This document shows positions 1 to 10,307 of a stretch of 53,429 bases of DNA, piece by piece. The stretch is from an uncultured Anaerolineales bacterium (GTDB lineage: Bacteria; Planctomycetota; Phycisphaerae; FEN-1346), in assembly GCA_964577175.1 (NCBI GenBank), contig CAZNYC010000004.1, forward strand, positions 15,804 to 69,232, in the 5' to 3' direction. The notes beneath the pieces are model-generated. The model did no database searches and was not told the DNA's origin. It saw nothing but the letters and a program-made list of their open reading frames with translations. Numbering within the stretch: position 1 is the first letter of the stretch; the number at the start of each line of letters is the position of its first letter. A program made the translations under genes and the position numbers.

Positions 1-1
1 G

Positions 2-871
2 TCAGTCCAGCCGAATGCCCCGGTCCTCGAGCCAGTCCTTCAGGTCGCCCATCTGGGTTTCGAACATCTCGCTGTCGTACTGGGCTTCCATTTTCTGGAT
101 CATCTCGGCGAGGTCGTCCTTCTCGGCGATGGCCTCGTTGACCTTGGCCTCGAAGCCGTCGCTCGTCTGGCGCAGGTCGTCGGTATTGATCTGGATGCCC
201 AGGATGCCGGCGAGCGTGCGTGCCACCGCCTCGATGCACCGGGGGTTGGTGCCCTGGATGTAGGCGGGGATCTCGGCCACCAGCGTGGCCATCTTGATGC
301 CGCGGTCCGCCGCCGCGTGCGTCAGGTACGTGGCGAAATGGGCCGGGCCCTCGTAGTCGGTGAAGCGGAAGCCGTGCGGCTCCAGTTCGGCTTTCATCTC
401 CGGGTCCGAGACCGAGGCGTACAGGCGGGGGTCGCGGGTGTGCGGCACGACGCCGGCGTAGGAGCCGACGAAGTAGACGGTCCGGATGCGAAAGGCCTCG
501 CCCAGGCCGAAGAGGCAGTCGGCAAACGCTTCCCACGCCAGGTTCGGCTCCTTGCCGCGGAACAGGATCAGGCGGTTCCCGTCGTCGTACCGGAACCGGT
601 TGGCGGGCGGGTCGTAGGCGTGGACGATGCCGTCGGTGATCTCGCAGTGGGGGCGGAACAGGGCCGAGATCTCCATCGACCCGGGGAAGTTATAGATGTA
701 GAATCCCCGCGGCTCGATCTCGGCCAGCGGCCGGGCGCCGAGTTTCTCGGACAGGTACTTCACGCAGCCGGTCGAGACGTCGCCCCCGTCCATCCAACCC
801 GAGAAGCCCAGCACCATGCGGGCGCCGTCGATCTCCGGGTAGGCCTTGATGTTCAGGCGGTCGGTCGGCAC
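2..871 (-). CDS. PAC2 family (proteasome assembly chaperone-like) protein
   Basis: GFSGWMDGG, GKEPNLAW, GSYAGVVPHTR, YEGP and EIPAY motifs fit PAC2. Start moved to GTG 871, behind an AGGAG RBS. Confidence 0.85.
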   Translation of the reverse strand: MPTDRLNIKAYPEIDGARMVLGFSGWMDGGDVSTGCVKYLSEKLGARPLAEIEPRGFYIYNFPGSMEISALFRPHCEITDGIVHAYDPPANRFRYDDGNRLILFRGKEPNLAWEAFADCLFGLGEAFRIRTVYFVGSYAGVVPHTRDPRLYASVSDPEMKAELEPHGFRFTDYEGPAHFATYLTHAAADRGIKMATLVAEIPAYIQGTNPRCIEAVARTLAGILGIQINTDDLRQTSDGFEAKVNEAIAEKDDLAEMIQKMEAQYDSEMFETQMGDLKDWLEDRGIRLD

Positions 872-1033
872 GGGAGTTTCTCCTGCCGCCGGTGCGCCGC
901 ACCGGCGCCGGTTCACCTATTCAGGGTGCAGGGGATGGGGCACAATGTCAAGGGTCCAGCCAAAGCCCCGTCCTCTCGCGGGAAGCGCTTGCGACCCGCG
1001 GCCCGACTCCTACAATCAGGAGCCGGACCCGAA

Positions 1034-1109
1034 GGTGCCACTGGCGGCTTGCCCGCCCGTGCGCTCCGACCGCCGGGGGAACACTGGCTGACAAGCAGCC
1101 CGTGGCACC
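1034..1109. repeat. REP-like family B inverted pair (GGTGCCACTGGC..CTTG..GTGC)
   Basis: Copies at 1034-1062 and 1082-1109 in opposite orientation; the family recurs throughout the window. Confidence 0.8.
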
Positions 1110-1143
1110 CCTGTTCTGACAGGCACTAACGCGAGGGCACTGC

Positions 1144-2835
1144 ATGGCCGCCGCCGACATCGTCTGCCTCGTCCTGTACCTGGTGCTTATCACGGGCCTG
1201 GGCATCTACGCCGCACGCCTCGTCCACCGGATGAGCGACTACTTCATGCCGCGCCGCTTCGGCAAGGTCATGATGATCACGCACGCGTTCGGGACGGGCA
1301 CGCATTCCGACCAGGCGGTGAGCGTGGCCTCGAAGACGTACACGAGCGGCCTGAGCGGTATCTGGTACCAGTGGCTGTGGCTGTTCGCGACGCCGTTCTA
1401 CTGGCTCATCGCGCCGGTGATGCGGCGGTTCCGGGCGATTACGATGGGCGACGTTTTCGCGGCCCGTTACGACCGCAGCACGGCCCGCCTCTTCGCCGTC
1501 GTCGGCATGCTCCAGATGAGTGTGAGCATCGGTGTCATGCTGAAGGGGAGCGGGGCGGTCATCGAGGCCAGCACGGGCATCCCCGCCTGGGGCGCCATTG
1601 CCGCCATGACCGTCATGTTCGTGGCGTACGGCGTGGCGGGCGGGCTGAGCGCCGCGATCGTCACCGATTTCATTCAAGGCATCCTGACGGTCGTCTTTTC
1701 ATTTCTCCTGTTGCCGTTCGTGCTCGACGCGGTGGGCGGCCTGGCGGGGCTGCACGAGCAGATCACGGACCCGAAGATGTTCTCGCTCGTCGCGCCGGGC
1801 GAAATCAATACCTTCTATATCGTGATGATCGCCGTCAACGGACTCGTCGGCATCGTCACCCAGCCGCACACGATGGGGAACTGCGCCGCCGGCAAGACCG
1901 AAATGGAAGGCCGCGTCGGATGGATGGGCGGCAACTTCGTCAAACGCATCTGCACGATGGCGTGGTGCCTGACGGGTCTGGCGGGCGTGGCGTACCTGGC
2001 CGGGACGAAGGTGAATCCGGACGAGGTGTACGGCGTGATGGCGGCCGACTTCCTGCCGCGCATCCTGCCCGGCCTGCTGGGCGTGTTTCTGGCGGCGCTG
2101 CTCGCGAGCGTGATGAGTTCGTGCGACTCGTTCATGATCGCCTCGTCGGCCCTCTTCACGGAGAACATCTACAGGCCCCTGAGGCCGGGCAAGGCGGATC
2201 GGCATTACTTGGGCGTCGGCCGCGTCGTGGCTTTGGCCGTTGTCGCGGGCGGCGTGCTGGTGGCGTTCATGCTGCCGAACGTCGTGCGTGGTCTGGAGTG
2301 GTTCTGGAAGATCTCGCCGACCATCGGCATCGCCTTCTGGCTGGGCCTGTTCTGGCGGCGGACGACCACGGCCGGCGCCTGGGCCGCCACGCTCGTCGGC
2401 TTCGCCGTCCTGCTCGTCGTCTCGTACGCCACGGGGCTGATGGAGGCGCTGGAGGGCACGGGCGTGAACCTGACGCTCGGCCTGGTTCGCCGCACGGAGT
2501 CGGGCGTCGCCGAGATGGTCCTGCCGTGGCAGATGGTCGCCTACCTGGGGGCCGGCACGCTGGCGGGCGTCCTCGTCAGCCTGCTGACGCGCCCGGTGCC
2601 GAAGGCCCAACTGGACCACTACTACGCCCTCACGCGGACGCCCGTGGCGCCGGGCGAGGAGGTCGACGAGCCGTGCACGCTGCCCGAGGGTACAACGCCC
2701 GCGCCGCGGCGAGTGCTCGTGGAATGGGGCGGCCTGGAGATTCCCGTGCCGACGCGCACCTCCGTCATCGGTTTCGTGATAGGGTGGGTGCTCGTGGGGG
2801 CAATGATCGGCGGGTTCTACTGGCTGACGCAGTAA
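1144..2835 (+). CDS. Sodium:solute symporter (SSS) family transporter
   Basis: 563 aa with many TM segments. SDYFM, GGLSAAIVTDFIQG and LAALLASVMSSCDS match SSS signatures. Confidence 0.9.
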   Translation: MAAADIVCLVLYLVLITGLGIYAARLVHRMSDYFMPRRFGKVMMITHAFGTGTHSDQAVSVASKTYTSGLSGIWYQWLWLFATPFYWLIAPVMRRFRAITMGDVFAARYDRSTARLFAVVGMLQMSVSIGVMLKGSGAVIEASTGIPAWGAIAAMTVMFVAYGVAGGLSAAIVTDFIQGILTVVFSFLLLPFVLDAVGGLAGLHEQITDPKMFSLVAPGEINTFYIVMIAVNGLVGIVTQPHTMGNCAAGKTEMEGRVGWMGGNFVKRICTMAWCLTGLAGVAYLAGTKVNPDEVYGVMAADFLPRILPGLLGVFLAALLASVMSSCDSFMIASSALFTENIYRPLRPGKADRHYLGVGRVVALAVVAGGVLVAFMLPNVVRGLEWFWKISPTIGIAFWLGLFWRRTTTAGAWAATLVGFAVLLVVSYATGLMEALEGTGVNLTLGLVRRTESGVAEMVLPWQMVAYLGAGTLAGVLVSLLTRPVPKAQLDHYYALTRTPVAPGEEVDEPCTLPEGTTPAPRRVLVEWGGLEIPVPTRTSVIGFVIGWVLVGAMIGGFYWLTQ

Positions 2836-2996
2836 ACGAAGCCGCGGGCTGCGAGCCAACGGCGGCGCGCCCGTCGAGCCCGGCGCTGTTCGAGCCGCGT
2901 GCATAAGCGCGGGGGTATCCTCATCCGCACTGCGAGGATCGCGCCGCCGGCGTGGTTGGTTGGCTTAAAACCTGTGGCCTGCGGCTTGCAGCGTAA

Positions 2997-3145
2997 GAGC
3001 CTATCCGAATCACCCTCTGGCTGCGGCGACCGTAGCCGGCGTCGGGCTGCATCGCCAACCCGGAGACGGGTTGCCTGCTTCGCCCTCCTTGCCTGCGGCC
3101 GCCTCGCTCGGCCTCGGGCCGACGAGGGGTGATTCGGATAGGCTC
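2997..3145. mobile_element. 149-bp MITE, IS5/IS1031-like ends
   Basis: Perfect 19-bp TIRs (GAGCCTATCCGAATCACCC at 2997-3015; GGGTGATTCGGATAGGCTC at 3127-3145), flanked by a TAA direct repeat at 2994-2996 and 3146-3148. Confidence 0.8.
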
Positions 3146-3161
3146 TAAGTCGCGGGGCGAC

Positions 3162-6077
3162 TCACTCCAAGATCGGCTCAACCACCTCGCCGCGGGCCTG
3201 GGCCTCCGTCTTCTCGTAGGCGCCGTAGAACTCGCTGTTCAGGTCCAGCCACAGGGTGACGCGCCGCAGGGCCTCCGGCGGCAGGTCCACGCCGTAATGG
3301 GCCGGGCCGAGGTACTCCAGCAGCCGCGACGCCCGCGCCCCGAACCTGCCCGGCACGGTCCGGCTGCCGCCGTGCGCGCCCGCGTTGATCGACCCGTTGT
3401 AGACGTGGAAGTAGAAGCCGAACGCCTCGGCAAGGTTCGCATACGATCGCGTCCAGCCGTGCTTCGCGCCGGGGGCGCCGGCCAGGTCCAGGGCGTCTTC
3501 CTTTTCGTGGCACGCCACGCAGTGCCGGTCGAGGACGGGCTGGACCAGCCGCACGTAGTTGAACGGGTTGGAGCCCTCGGCCTCCGGCTCGAGCGGCGAG
3601 GGCCCCCGCCGCAGCGCCACGGGCAGCGGGCCGGTGGGCCGGCGCTGCCGCCGTTTCGGCTCGTGGCAGCCCTGGCAGACGAGCCGCTCGCCGGGGTGCA
3701 CATACGTGACGGACCGCATCGACTGGATGGCCATCCCCTTCTCGTCGAGCGCCTGAAAGTAGATGGGCACGCCGACCGGCGCTTCGAAATGGACGCTGCC
3801 GTCCGCCTCGACCGGCACCGTGCCGAGCGACGCCCGCGCGTTGGACTGCCGGGCCACGCCGATGCGGGGTTTGTCCGGCGGCGGGGTGCTCTTGGGCAGA
3901 AGTTGGACGATGCGGAGGCGGTCGACCTTCGCCCCCTCGGGCCACTGGAAATCGCTGTCGTACATGTCCATGACGGCGACGGTGGCCGGGCGCTTGCCGA
4001 ATGTCCGTTTGCCGCGGACCGTCTGCGCGGTCTCGGTCGGGATGACGGGCGGGCGGGGCCGCGGCCGCAGCGGGATCGGGCTCAGCGACGGGACCGACTC
4101 ATGGCGATACAGAAGCGTCCGGTTGCCGAAGGCGTCGGCCAGGTACAGGCCGTGCCGCTTCGCCGCCGGGTCGTAGGCGCAGAGCCAGAAGTCCTCCGAG
4201 AGGGGCCACGGGGTGGCAAAGATCATGTGGCGGCGGATGTCGCCTTCGGCCTCCGGGAAACGGACCTCGGGGGTCAGGCGCGCGAGTTGCGACATCGCCC
4301 GGTCGTCCTCGTGCGACTGGTCGATCAGCACGAGCGACCCGAACGCGTGCCCGTGGTGGGCGCCCGTGGTGGCGATGTACCGGAGCGAGCCGGGCACCGC
4401 CCGGATGCTCATCTCCATCCACGGCCGGCTGCCGCGCTCCAGCGGATAGTTGCCGTGCATCGACCGCGGGTCCCGGCCGTCGGGATAACACGTCCAGATA
4501 TGATGGGCCACGTTCGTGTCGCGGTCCACGTAGTCCCACCGCGTGTAGACGATGCGGCCGAAGCGATCGACGCTCGGGTGCCACTCGTGCGTCTCGTGGT
4601 AGGAGAGCGGGACGATGTCCGAGCCGTCCGGCTCCATCGAGTGCAGGGTGTAGGTGGGGCAGTGCCGGCCGCACCGCAGGTACCCGCCTCGGCGGAGGCT
4701 GATGAAGGCGACCCGTCCGGACGGCAGGACGCACGGGTCGAAGTCGTCCCACGGGCCGTCGGTCAGTTGCCGGAGGTTCGACCCGTCCGCGTTCACCTTG
4801 AAGACGTGGTAGCAGCACTCGGGGGTCCAGGTATATGTTTTCTCGGCCTCGGCCTGGGTCCAGGCGAAGTAGACGGTCCGGCCGTCGAAGGCGAGTTCGG
4901 GGGAGAGGAACGAGCCGCCCTCCAGCCGCCGGCCCTCCAGGCGGCCGTTCTCGACGGTCGCGTCGGCGAGGAGGTTCCGCAGGCGCGGCTCCGGGCCGAA
5001 GGCGTCGTCCAGGACGAACAGCCCGCCGCCCGGGCGGGCGTTGCAGCCGTAATACTGATCGCACATGTGGAACGGCCCGCCGGCGTCGCGGCGCTGGATG
5101 AACAGGATGCGGTCGAAGTCGAGCAGGGGGTTCGCCAGGGCGATGCGCCGCCTCAGGCGCATCGCCTCGTGGAACAGGCGGTACCGTTCGGGCGTTTTGG
5201 CGGGGTCGATGCCGGCCGCGCGGCGCTGCAGGTCGGCGAGTTCGTCGGCGGCTTCCGAAAGGTCCGGCGCCCCCGGCATCTCCCGCAGGCGGTGGAGCAG
5301 GGCGGCCGAACGGCGGAGCAGAACGTCCACGGGGTCGCGGTCGTCCTCACGGATGAGGGCCGCGGGGTGATACGCCTCGCCGCCGATTCGCTTGAACCAC
5401 TTCCGGTCGCCGAGCCCGCGGGCGAGTTCGTGCCAGCGACGGCGTGTCTCGTCGGCCAGGGCCGGCCGCGCCCACGCGCCGCGTTCGGCTTCGTGGGCGT
5501 CCGCCAGGTCCGTCGGCAGGGGAGGGCCTTCGCCGGGACGGGCCGTTGCTTTCGAGAGTCCGCGAATCTCGCGGGCCAGGACGGCCACGCCCCACCGGTT
5601 GCCGGGCGGGACCGTCACCGTTTGGCCGGCCCGGAGGTCCGTGCGGTAGACCGTCCAGTGGTATGTCCGGCCGCCCACCACGCTCACCATCCGGCCGGCC
5701 TCGTCCCATTCGCCGGTCACGTTCAGCGAGGCGGGCGTGGGCCGGGAGGCGGCGTCGCCGGCGTCGCCCTCACCCCAGCAGGCGTAGACGGCCCCGTCGG
5801 TCTCGGCCGTGACGGTCAGCGCCGCCGGGTTCTTGTGCCGGTTGACCGTGACGGCGAGGCCGCGCAGCGCCGCCGGCACGCGGGTGAAGGTGTACGGGCG
5901 GTTGGTGCTGATGCGGCCGCCCTCGCGCAGCGTGGATGTGCGGACGGGCTTGTCGCCCTTGACGGTGACGACGGCGGCGTCGTCGCGCGCCGGCGGTCGG
6001 GCGGTGGCCTGCGGTGCCAAGAGCAGGACGGGCAGCAGGGCGAGGGTCGTCATCGCGGTAGGGCCGGGCCGGGTCAT
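3162..6077 (-). CDS. Secreted HzsA-related beta-propeller protein with two CXXCH heme motifs
   Basis: Signal peptide; TolB-like repeats (NADGSNLRQLTDGPWDDFDP, YTRWDYVDR); GTVPVEADGS..IYFQALD..MRS..PGE HZS-alpha middle domain; CQGCH and CVACH. Start uncertain. Confidence 0.8.
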   Translation of the reverse strand: MTRPGPTAMTTLALLPVLLLAPQATARPPARDDAAVVTVKGDKPVRTSTLREGGRISTNRPYTFTRVPAALRGLAVTVNRHKNPAALTVTAETDGAVYACWGEGDAGDAASRPTPASLNVTGEWDEAGRMVSVVGGRTYHWTVYRTDLRAGQTVTVPPGNRWGVAVLAREIRGLSKATARPGEGPPLPTDLADAHEAERGAWARPALADETRRRWHELARGLGDRKWFKRIGGEAYHPAALIREDDRDPVDVLLRRSAALLHRLREMPGAPDLSEAADELADLQRRAAGIDPAKTPERYRLFHEAMRLRRRIALANPLLDFDRILFIQRRDAGGPFHMCDQYYGCNARPGGGLFVLDDAFGPEPRLRNLLADATVENGRLEGRRLEGGSFLSPELAFDGRTVYFAWTQAEAEKTYTWTPECCYHVFKVNADGSNLRQLTDGPWDDFDPCVLPSGRVAFISLRRGGYLRCGRHCPTYTLHSMEPDGSDIVPLSYHETHEWHPSVDRFGRIVYTRWDYVDRDTNVAHHIWTCYPDGRDPRSMHGNYPLERGSRPWMEMSIRAVPGSLRYIATTGAHHGHAFGSLVLIDQSHEDDRAMSQLARLTPEVRFPEAEGDIRRHMIFATPWPLSEDFWLCAYDPAAKRHGLYLADAFGNRTLLYRHESVPSLSPIPLRPRPRPPVIPTETAQTVRGKRTFGKRPATVAVMDMYDSDFQWPEGAKVDRLRIVQLLPKSTPPPDKPRIGVARQSNARASLGTVPVEADGSVHFEAPVGVPIYFQALDEKGMAIQSMRSVTYVHPGERLVCQGCHEPKRRQRRPTGPLPVALRRGPSPLEPEAEGSNPFNYVRLVQPVLDRHCVACHEKEDALDLAGAPGAKHGWTRSYANLAEAFGFYFHVYNGSINAGAHGGSRTVPGRFGARASRLLEYLGPAHYGVDLPPEALRRVTLWLDLNSEFYGAYEKTEAQARGEVVEPILE

Positions 6078-6096
6078 TGATTGCCTCAGAGATAGT

Positions 6097-6184
6097 GCGC
6101 GGCGGCTCTCCGTACCCGCCGCGCGGTTTTTCCTTCTGCACTCGCGTTCCTGTTCGGCGCGGTGGGTGCGGAGACCCACCGCGC
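6097..6184. repeat. REP-like family A inverted doublet
   Basis: 28-bp palindromes GCGCGGCGGcTCTCCGtACCCGCCGCGC (6097-6124) and an inverted copy (6157-6184). Confidence 0.85.
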
Positions 6185-6213
6185 CCGTTTTGTCGCCGCG
6201 CTTCCCCTGATGC

Positions 6214-7347
6214 CTACTCGGGCAGTTCGATGACGGAGATCGTATGGGGGGCGTCGTACTTGTTGTCGCCGTACGGCAGGTCGATGTTGGAGACGTACAG
6301 CCGCCCGCCCCGGAGGCACACCTCGCTGGGCGTATCGAGTTCGCCGTCGGCGCCGGTCGTGTTGCCGTTCTTCGCCAGGGTCGTGACCTCGCCGGTCTCG
6401 CCGTCGACGCGGTGGACGGCATTGCCGGCGAAGTCGGCCACGTAGATATCGCCGGTCTCGGGGTCGACCTTGATGCCGTCGGTCGACTCCATGCCGCCGC
6501 CCTCGGCGAAGACGGTTTGCGAGGCGACGCCGCCCTCGTCGTTAAACGTGACTTTCAGGATCTGGGCGTCGCCGAAGTTGCAGTAGTACAGGTGGCCGTC
6601 GGCGTCGAACCCCATACCGTTTGCCCCCACGCGCCAGTCGGGGTTTTTCGTCTGGCAGGTGGTCAGGAGATGCGGGTCGTCGCCGCCGGGCTTCAGTTGG
6701 ACCGGATTGGCCGGGTCCAGGTCGGCGATCGCGAAGCGGTACACGCCGCTGACCAGGGGCGTGGCGTCGGGCTTGAGTTTCGTCTCCGTCACGTACACGT
6801 GTCCGTCGTGGACGGAGACGGCGTTGGACTGGACGAACCCCTCGACGAGCGTCTCGCATCGGACGGCCTTGCCGTCGTCCATGACGATGCGCAGCAGGCG
6901 GGAGGAGGGCGTCTCGGCCCAGTCGGCCTGGGTGTCGGCGACGTAGAGGTGTTCCTGGGGGCCGATGGCCACGCCGAGCGGTCCGACGCGTTTCGTCTCG
7001 GGGTGGACGGGCAGGACCATGAGTTCGCTGATCTGGTCGTTCTTGTCGATGCGCAGTATCGCCGCGGGGTAGTCCGGGTTATTGAAGTTCGGGCACGACA
7101 GGATGATGGAGCCGTCCGGGGCCAGCACCATGCCGTCCGGCGTGTTGTACTGCTCGGGGAGTTTGACGGCGATGGTGGGCTGGAGGAGGCCTTCGGCGTC
7201 CGGCTTCGGCGCCTCGGCGGCTTCCGGGCGCTCGCCGGTCTCGGGCGCCGGGGCTTCACCGCAGCCGGCCGCCATCAGGCTGAGCGCCAGGAGCAGCAGG
7301 CCGGCACGGCAGATGGCGAGACGGCGGTGATCGGTCGGGCAGAGCAT
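6214..7347 (-). CDS. SMP-30/gluconolactonase/LRE family beta-propeller lipoprotein
   Basis: Lipobox-like MAAGC; TPDGM, GANGMGFDADGHLY and STDGIKVD..GDIYVADF blades. Confidence 0.8.
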   Translation of the reverse strand: MLCPTDHRRLAICRAGLLLLALSLMAAGCGEAPAPETGERPEAAEAPKPDAEGLLQPTIAVKLPEQYNTPDGMVLAPDGSIILSCPNFNNPDYPAAILRIDKNDQISELMVLPVHPETKRVGPLGVAIGPQEHLYVADTQADWAETPSSRLLRIVMDDGKAVRCETLVEGFVQSNAVSVHDGHVYVTETKLKPDATPLVSGVYRFAIADLDPANPVQLKPGGDDPHLLTTCQTKNPDWRVGANGMGFDADGHLYYCNFGDAQILKVTFNDEGGVASQTVFAEGGGMESTDGIKVDPETGDIYVADFAGNAVHRVDGETGEVTTLAKNGNTTGADGELDTPSEVCLRGGRLYVSNIDLPYGDNKYDAPHTISVIELPE

Positions 7348-7694
7348 CGTGTGCCTCCTTCGGGTTCGAGACGCATAGCGCTACGGTTCGCGTCCGTGGC
7401 GGCCGGGTGGCGCATGGGCCCATGCCGTCTTCCTCGGGGACGATAGCGAAGCACCGCGCCACGTCGCCATTGAAGCACATCGCGTTCCGCAATGCAATGC
7501 CTGGCGGGCATCGGTGGCAGGCGTCGGCGCCCCACCGGAGTGGGGAGAATCAGGTTTCGGGTGGAATTCTGGTCGAGCGGCGCGGTATGGTAAGCGTGTA
7601 CCGGGCGCCGTATGGGATGCCGCGGCGCACGGCGCGGCGTGTGCAAGCCACCGCCGACAAAGGCCGTTATCTCGATGGGGCCAGCATCTGAGCC

Positions 7695-8771
7695 GTGAGC
7701 AAGACCTCGCACAACAAGCAGGTTGAGCCGGCGCCGGCGTCGGAAACGGCGCCCGTTTCGGCCAGCCGCATCACCCGCAGCATGCTCGAGCATGCCGGGA
7801 AAATCGCCGAAGTCTGCCAGGCGGCGGCGGTGTTTGTCTACGCCGACGTGATCCAGGGGACCGACGTCGAGTATCCCGAGGACTTTCCGGCCAAGGTCTA
7901 CCGGGTCACCAGCCGGCCGGACGACCAGAACGTCGAGGTCGTGCCCCACAGCCGCGTCCTCCGCGTGCCGGACGTCCCCCTGACGCGGACGGCCCAGGTG
8001 AAGATGGCGGCGTTCCTGGCGCTGTCGCGCGGACTGGTCCGTCGCGGCGACACGGTGGTCTTCGTGTCGGGGACCTCGTCGAGCGGCACGCTCGACACGA
8101 TCCTGGTGCTCCAGTTGGGCCGCGAGTTCGAGATGTTCGCTACCGGCGGCGAGGACGAAGACGAGGCCGTCCCGGTCGGCATCCAGCCGGAGGTCATCGA
8201 GCGGGTCGTCGATCTCGCCTCCGAACTCAGCAGCGAGGGCCGCGAGGGAAAGCCCGTCGGCACCATGTTCGTCATCGGCGACCCCGACCAGATCCAGCCC
8301 CTTACGCACCAACTCGTGCTGAACCCGTTCCGGGGGTACGATGCGAAGGTCCGCAACATCCTGGACCCGACGCTCGGCGAGACGGTCAAGGAACTGGCGA
8401 GCATCGACGGCGCGTTCATCATCCGCGGCGACGGCATCATCGAATCGTGCGGCACGTACCTGAAGACGGCAAGCCAGGAGGAGTACGAACTGCCGCAGGG
8501 ACTCGGCGCCCGGCACCATGCGGCGGCGGCGATTACGTCCGTCACACCATCGATCGCCGTCACGGTCAGCGAGTCGACCGGCACGATCGGGGTCTTTCGC
8601 GGCGGGCGGATGGTTACGGAGATCGAGAAGCCCCGCGCCTCCATCCGCACGCAGGCGATGTACCGCGGCCAGCGCCTGGAGCGCGGCTCGGGGAAGCGCG
8701 GCCGCAAACGCAGTGACACGTCGGGATTGGCCAAGGCCGGTCCTTCCGGCAGCGAAAAGGGAAACGGATAA
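7695..8771 (+). CDS. Diadenylate cyclase, DacZ-like (DisA_N domain)
   Basis: EGREGKPVGTMFVIGD, LNPF, KELASIDGAFII, GLGARHHAAA and VSESTG DAC motifs. Confidence 0.88.
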   Translation: MSKTSHNKQVEPAPASETAPVSASRITRSMLEHAGKIAEVCQAAAVFVYADVIQGTDVEYPEDFPAKVYRVTSRPDDQNVEVVPHSRVLRVPDVPLTRTAQVKMAAFLALSRGLVRRGDTVVFVSGTSSSGTLDTILVLQLGREFEMFATGGEDEDEAVPVGIQPEVIERVVDLASELSSEGREGKPVGTMFVIGDPDQIQPLTHQLVLNPFRGYDAKVRNILDPTLGETVKELASIDGAFIIRGDGIIESCGTYLKTASQEEYELPQGLGARHHAAAAITSVTPSIAVTVSESTGTIGVFRGGRMVTEIEKPRASIRTQAMYRGQRLERGSGKRGRKRSDTSGLAKAGPSGSEKGNG

Positions 8772-8775
8772 CACT

Positions 8776-10245
8776 ATGGCCAAACCTCGCATCATCCGAT
8801 TCATCGAGCCGAGCGGACGGCCGGGACGGCCGTTCAACGCCTGGATCCGCAAGTGGCCCCTCCTCGGCCCCATCACCCTGGCGTCGGTACTGGAACGGCG
8901 CGGCTACGATGTGGCCGTCTACAACGAGAACCTCTCCGGCCCGGTCCTCGAGAACCCCCGCATCATGGACGACCTCTGCGCCGCGGACGTCGTCGGCATC
9001 AGCATCATGACGCCGACCGCCAACCGCGGGTACCAGATTGCCGACGCCATCCGCGCCCGGTGCCCGGACGTGACGCTGGCGTTCGGCGGGGTTCACGCGA
9101 CGTTTTGTCCGGAGGAGGCGCAGCAGCACGGGGACGTGGTGGTGCAGGGCGAGGCGGAGTCGGTGATCGAGGATATCGCCGCCGGCCGCATTCGACGAGG
9201 CGTGATTCGCGGCGAGCCGGTGGAAGACCTGGACACGCTGCCCACGCTCAATCACAGCCTGATGCACGACTTCGAAAGCCTGCTGGGCGAGTGCCGGCGC
9301 CGCGAGTACTACGAACTGCCCGTCATGACCTCCCGCGGGTGCCCGTTCGGGTGCGAGTATTGCACCGTGACGCGGATGTTCGGCCGGCGGGTCCGCCGCC
9401 AGTCCGTGGGCAAGGTCCATGCAGACATCCAGAAGCACATGGCCCGCGGGTTCCGGCGGATGTTCTTCTACGACGACAACTTCACGACCGACCGGGCCTG
9501 GAGCCGGGACCTCCTGGAACGCCTCGCGCCGATGGACCTGCGGTTCAACGCCCAGGTCCGGGTCGATTTTCACTGGAAGGACCGCCACCGCCGCCGACGC
9601 GACGACGACCTCCTCCGCGCCATGCGCAAGGCGGGCGGCGACGTCTTCTACATCGGCTACGAGACCATTGACGATGCGACCGCCAAGCAGTGGCATAAGG
9701 GATACCAGGGCGACGGGGCGCTGACGACGCGCCTCATGGAAGACACGCACATCCTCCACGACAACGGGTTCTGGATTCACGGCATGTTCGTCCTGGGCCC
9801 GCAGCACACGGAGCGGACGGCCGACCAGATCGTCCGGTTCGCCCATCAAAGCCGGCTCGAGACGCTTCAGATCAGTTGCCTGACGCCGTTCCCCGGCACG
9901 CCGCTGATGGAGCAGTTCCGGCCGCACCTGGCCTTCACGCAGTTTCCCGCCGACTGGGACTACTACGACGGAACGCACTGCGTGTACGACCACGGCTGGC
10001 TGGGGGTCGAGCGCCTCCAGAACGTGCTGCTCGATGCGCATCGGCGGTTTTACCGGTGGAGCGGCCTGGGCGTGCATCGGCTCCGGAAATGCTTCGAGCA
10101 GAAGATCAGCATGGTTGACAAACTCGCCCTGTTCTGGAAGCACGCCCAAATCGCCCGCAACACCCTGAAGGCCTGGAAGACGGAGACGGCGGCGTACCTG
10201 GAGACGTTCCGCGCGAGGTCGCTGCAGCCGGTGGAATCACGTTGA
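8776..10245 (+). CDS. Cobalamin-binding radical SAM protein
   Basis: LGPITLA, GGVHATFCPEE and GEAE B12-binding region; TSRGCPFGCEYC; FYDDNF; LTPFPGTPL. ATG lies 4 nt after the DAC stop. Confidence 0.9.
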   Translation: MAKPRIIRFIEPSGRPGRPFNAWIRKWPLLGPITLASVLERRGYDVAVYNENLSGPVLENPRIMDDLCAADVVGISIMTPTANRGYQIADAIRARCPDVTLAFGGVHATFCPEEAQQHGDVVVQGEAESVIEDIAAGRIRRGVIRGEPVEDLDTLPTLNHSLMHDFESLLGECRRREYYELPVMTSRGCPFGCEYCTVTRMFGRRVRRQSVGKVHADIQKHMARGFRRMFFYDDNFTTDRAWSRDLLERLAPMDLRFNAQVRVDFHWKDRHRRRRDDDLLRAMRKAGGDVFYIGYETIDDATAKQWHKGYQGDGALTTRLMEDTHILHDNGFWIHGMFVLGPQHTERTADQIVRFAHQSRLETLQISCLTPFPGTPLMEQFRPHLAFTQFPADWDYYDGTHCVYDHGWLGVERLQNVLLDAHRRFYRWSGLGVHRLRKCFEQKISMVDKLALFWKHAQIARNTLKAWKTETAAYLETFRARSLQPVESR

Positions 10246-10307
10246 ACGAGATGGAGTCGCCCTGGGATGTGACAGTGGCTTCCTGAGTGCAAAAGGGGGT
10301 GGCTGGC

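Noticed and set aside
3162-6077. Hydrazine synthase / anammox capacity
   Set aside because: Only the HzsA-like fold is present, with no hzsB/C or hao/hdh in the window; such paralogues occur in non-anammox bacteria.
3129-6080. 983-aa plus-strand ORF and other long ORFs (e.g. 16431-19214 -, 26528-28789 +, 29060-31426 +, 40050-42839 +, 44809-46818 +)
   Set aside because: Antisense or alternate-frame shadows of well-supported genes, expected at high GC; no recognisable motifs.
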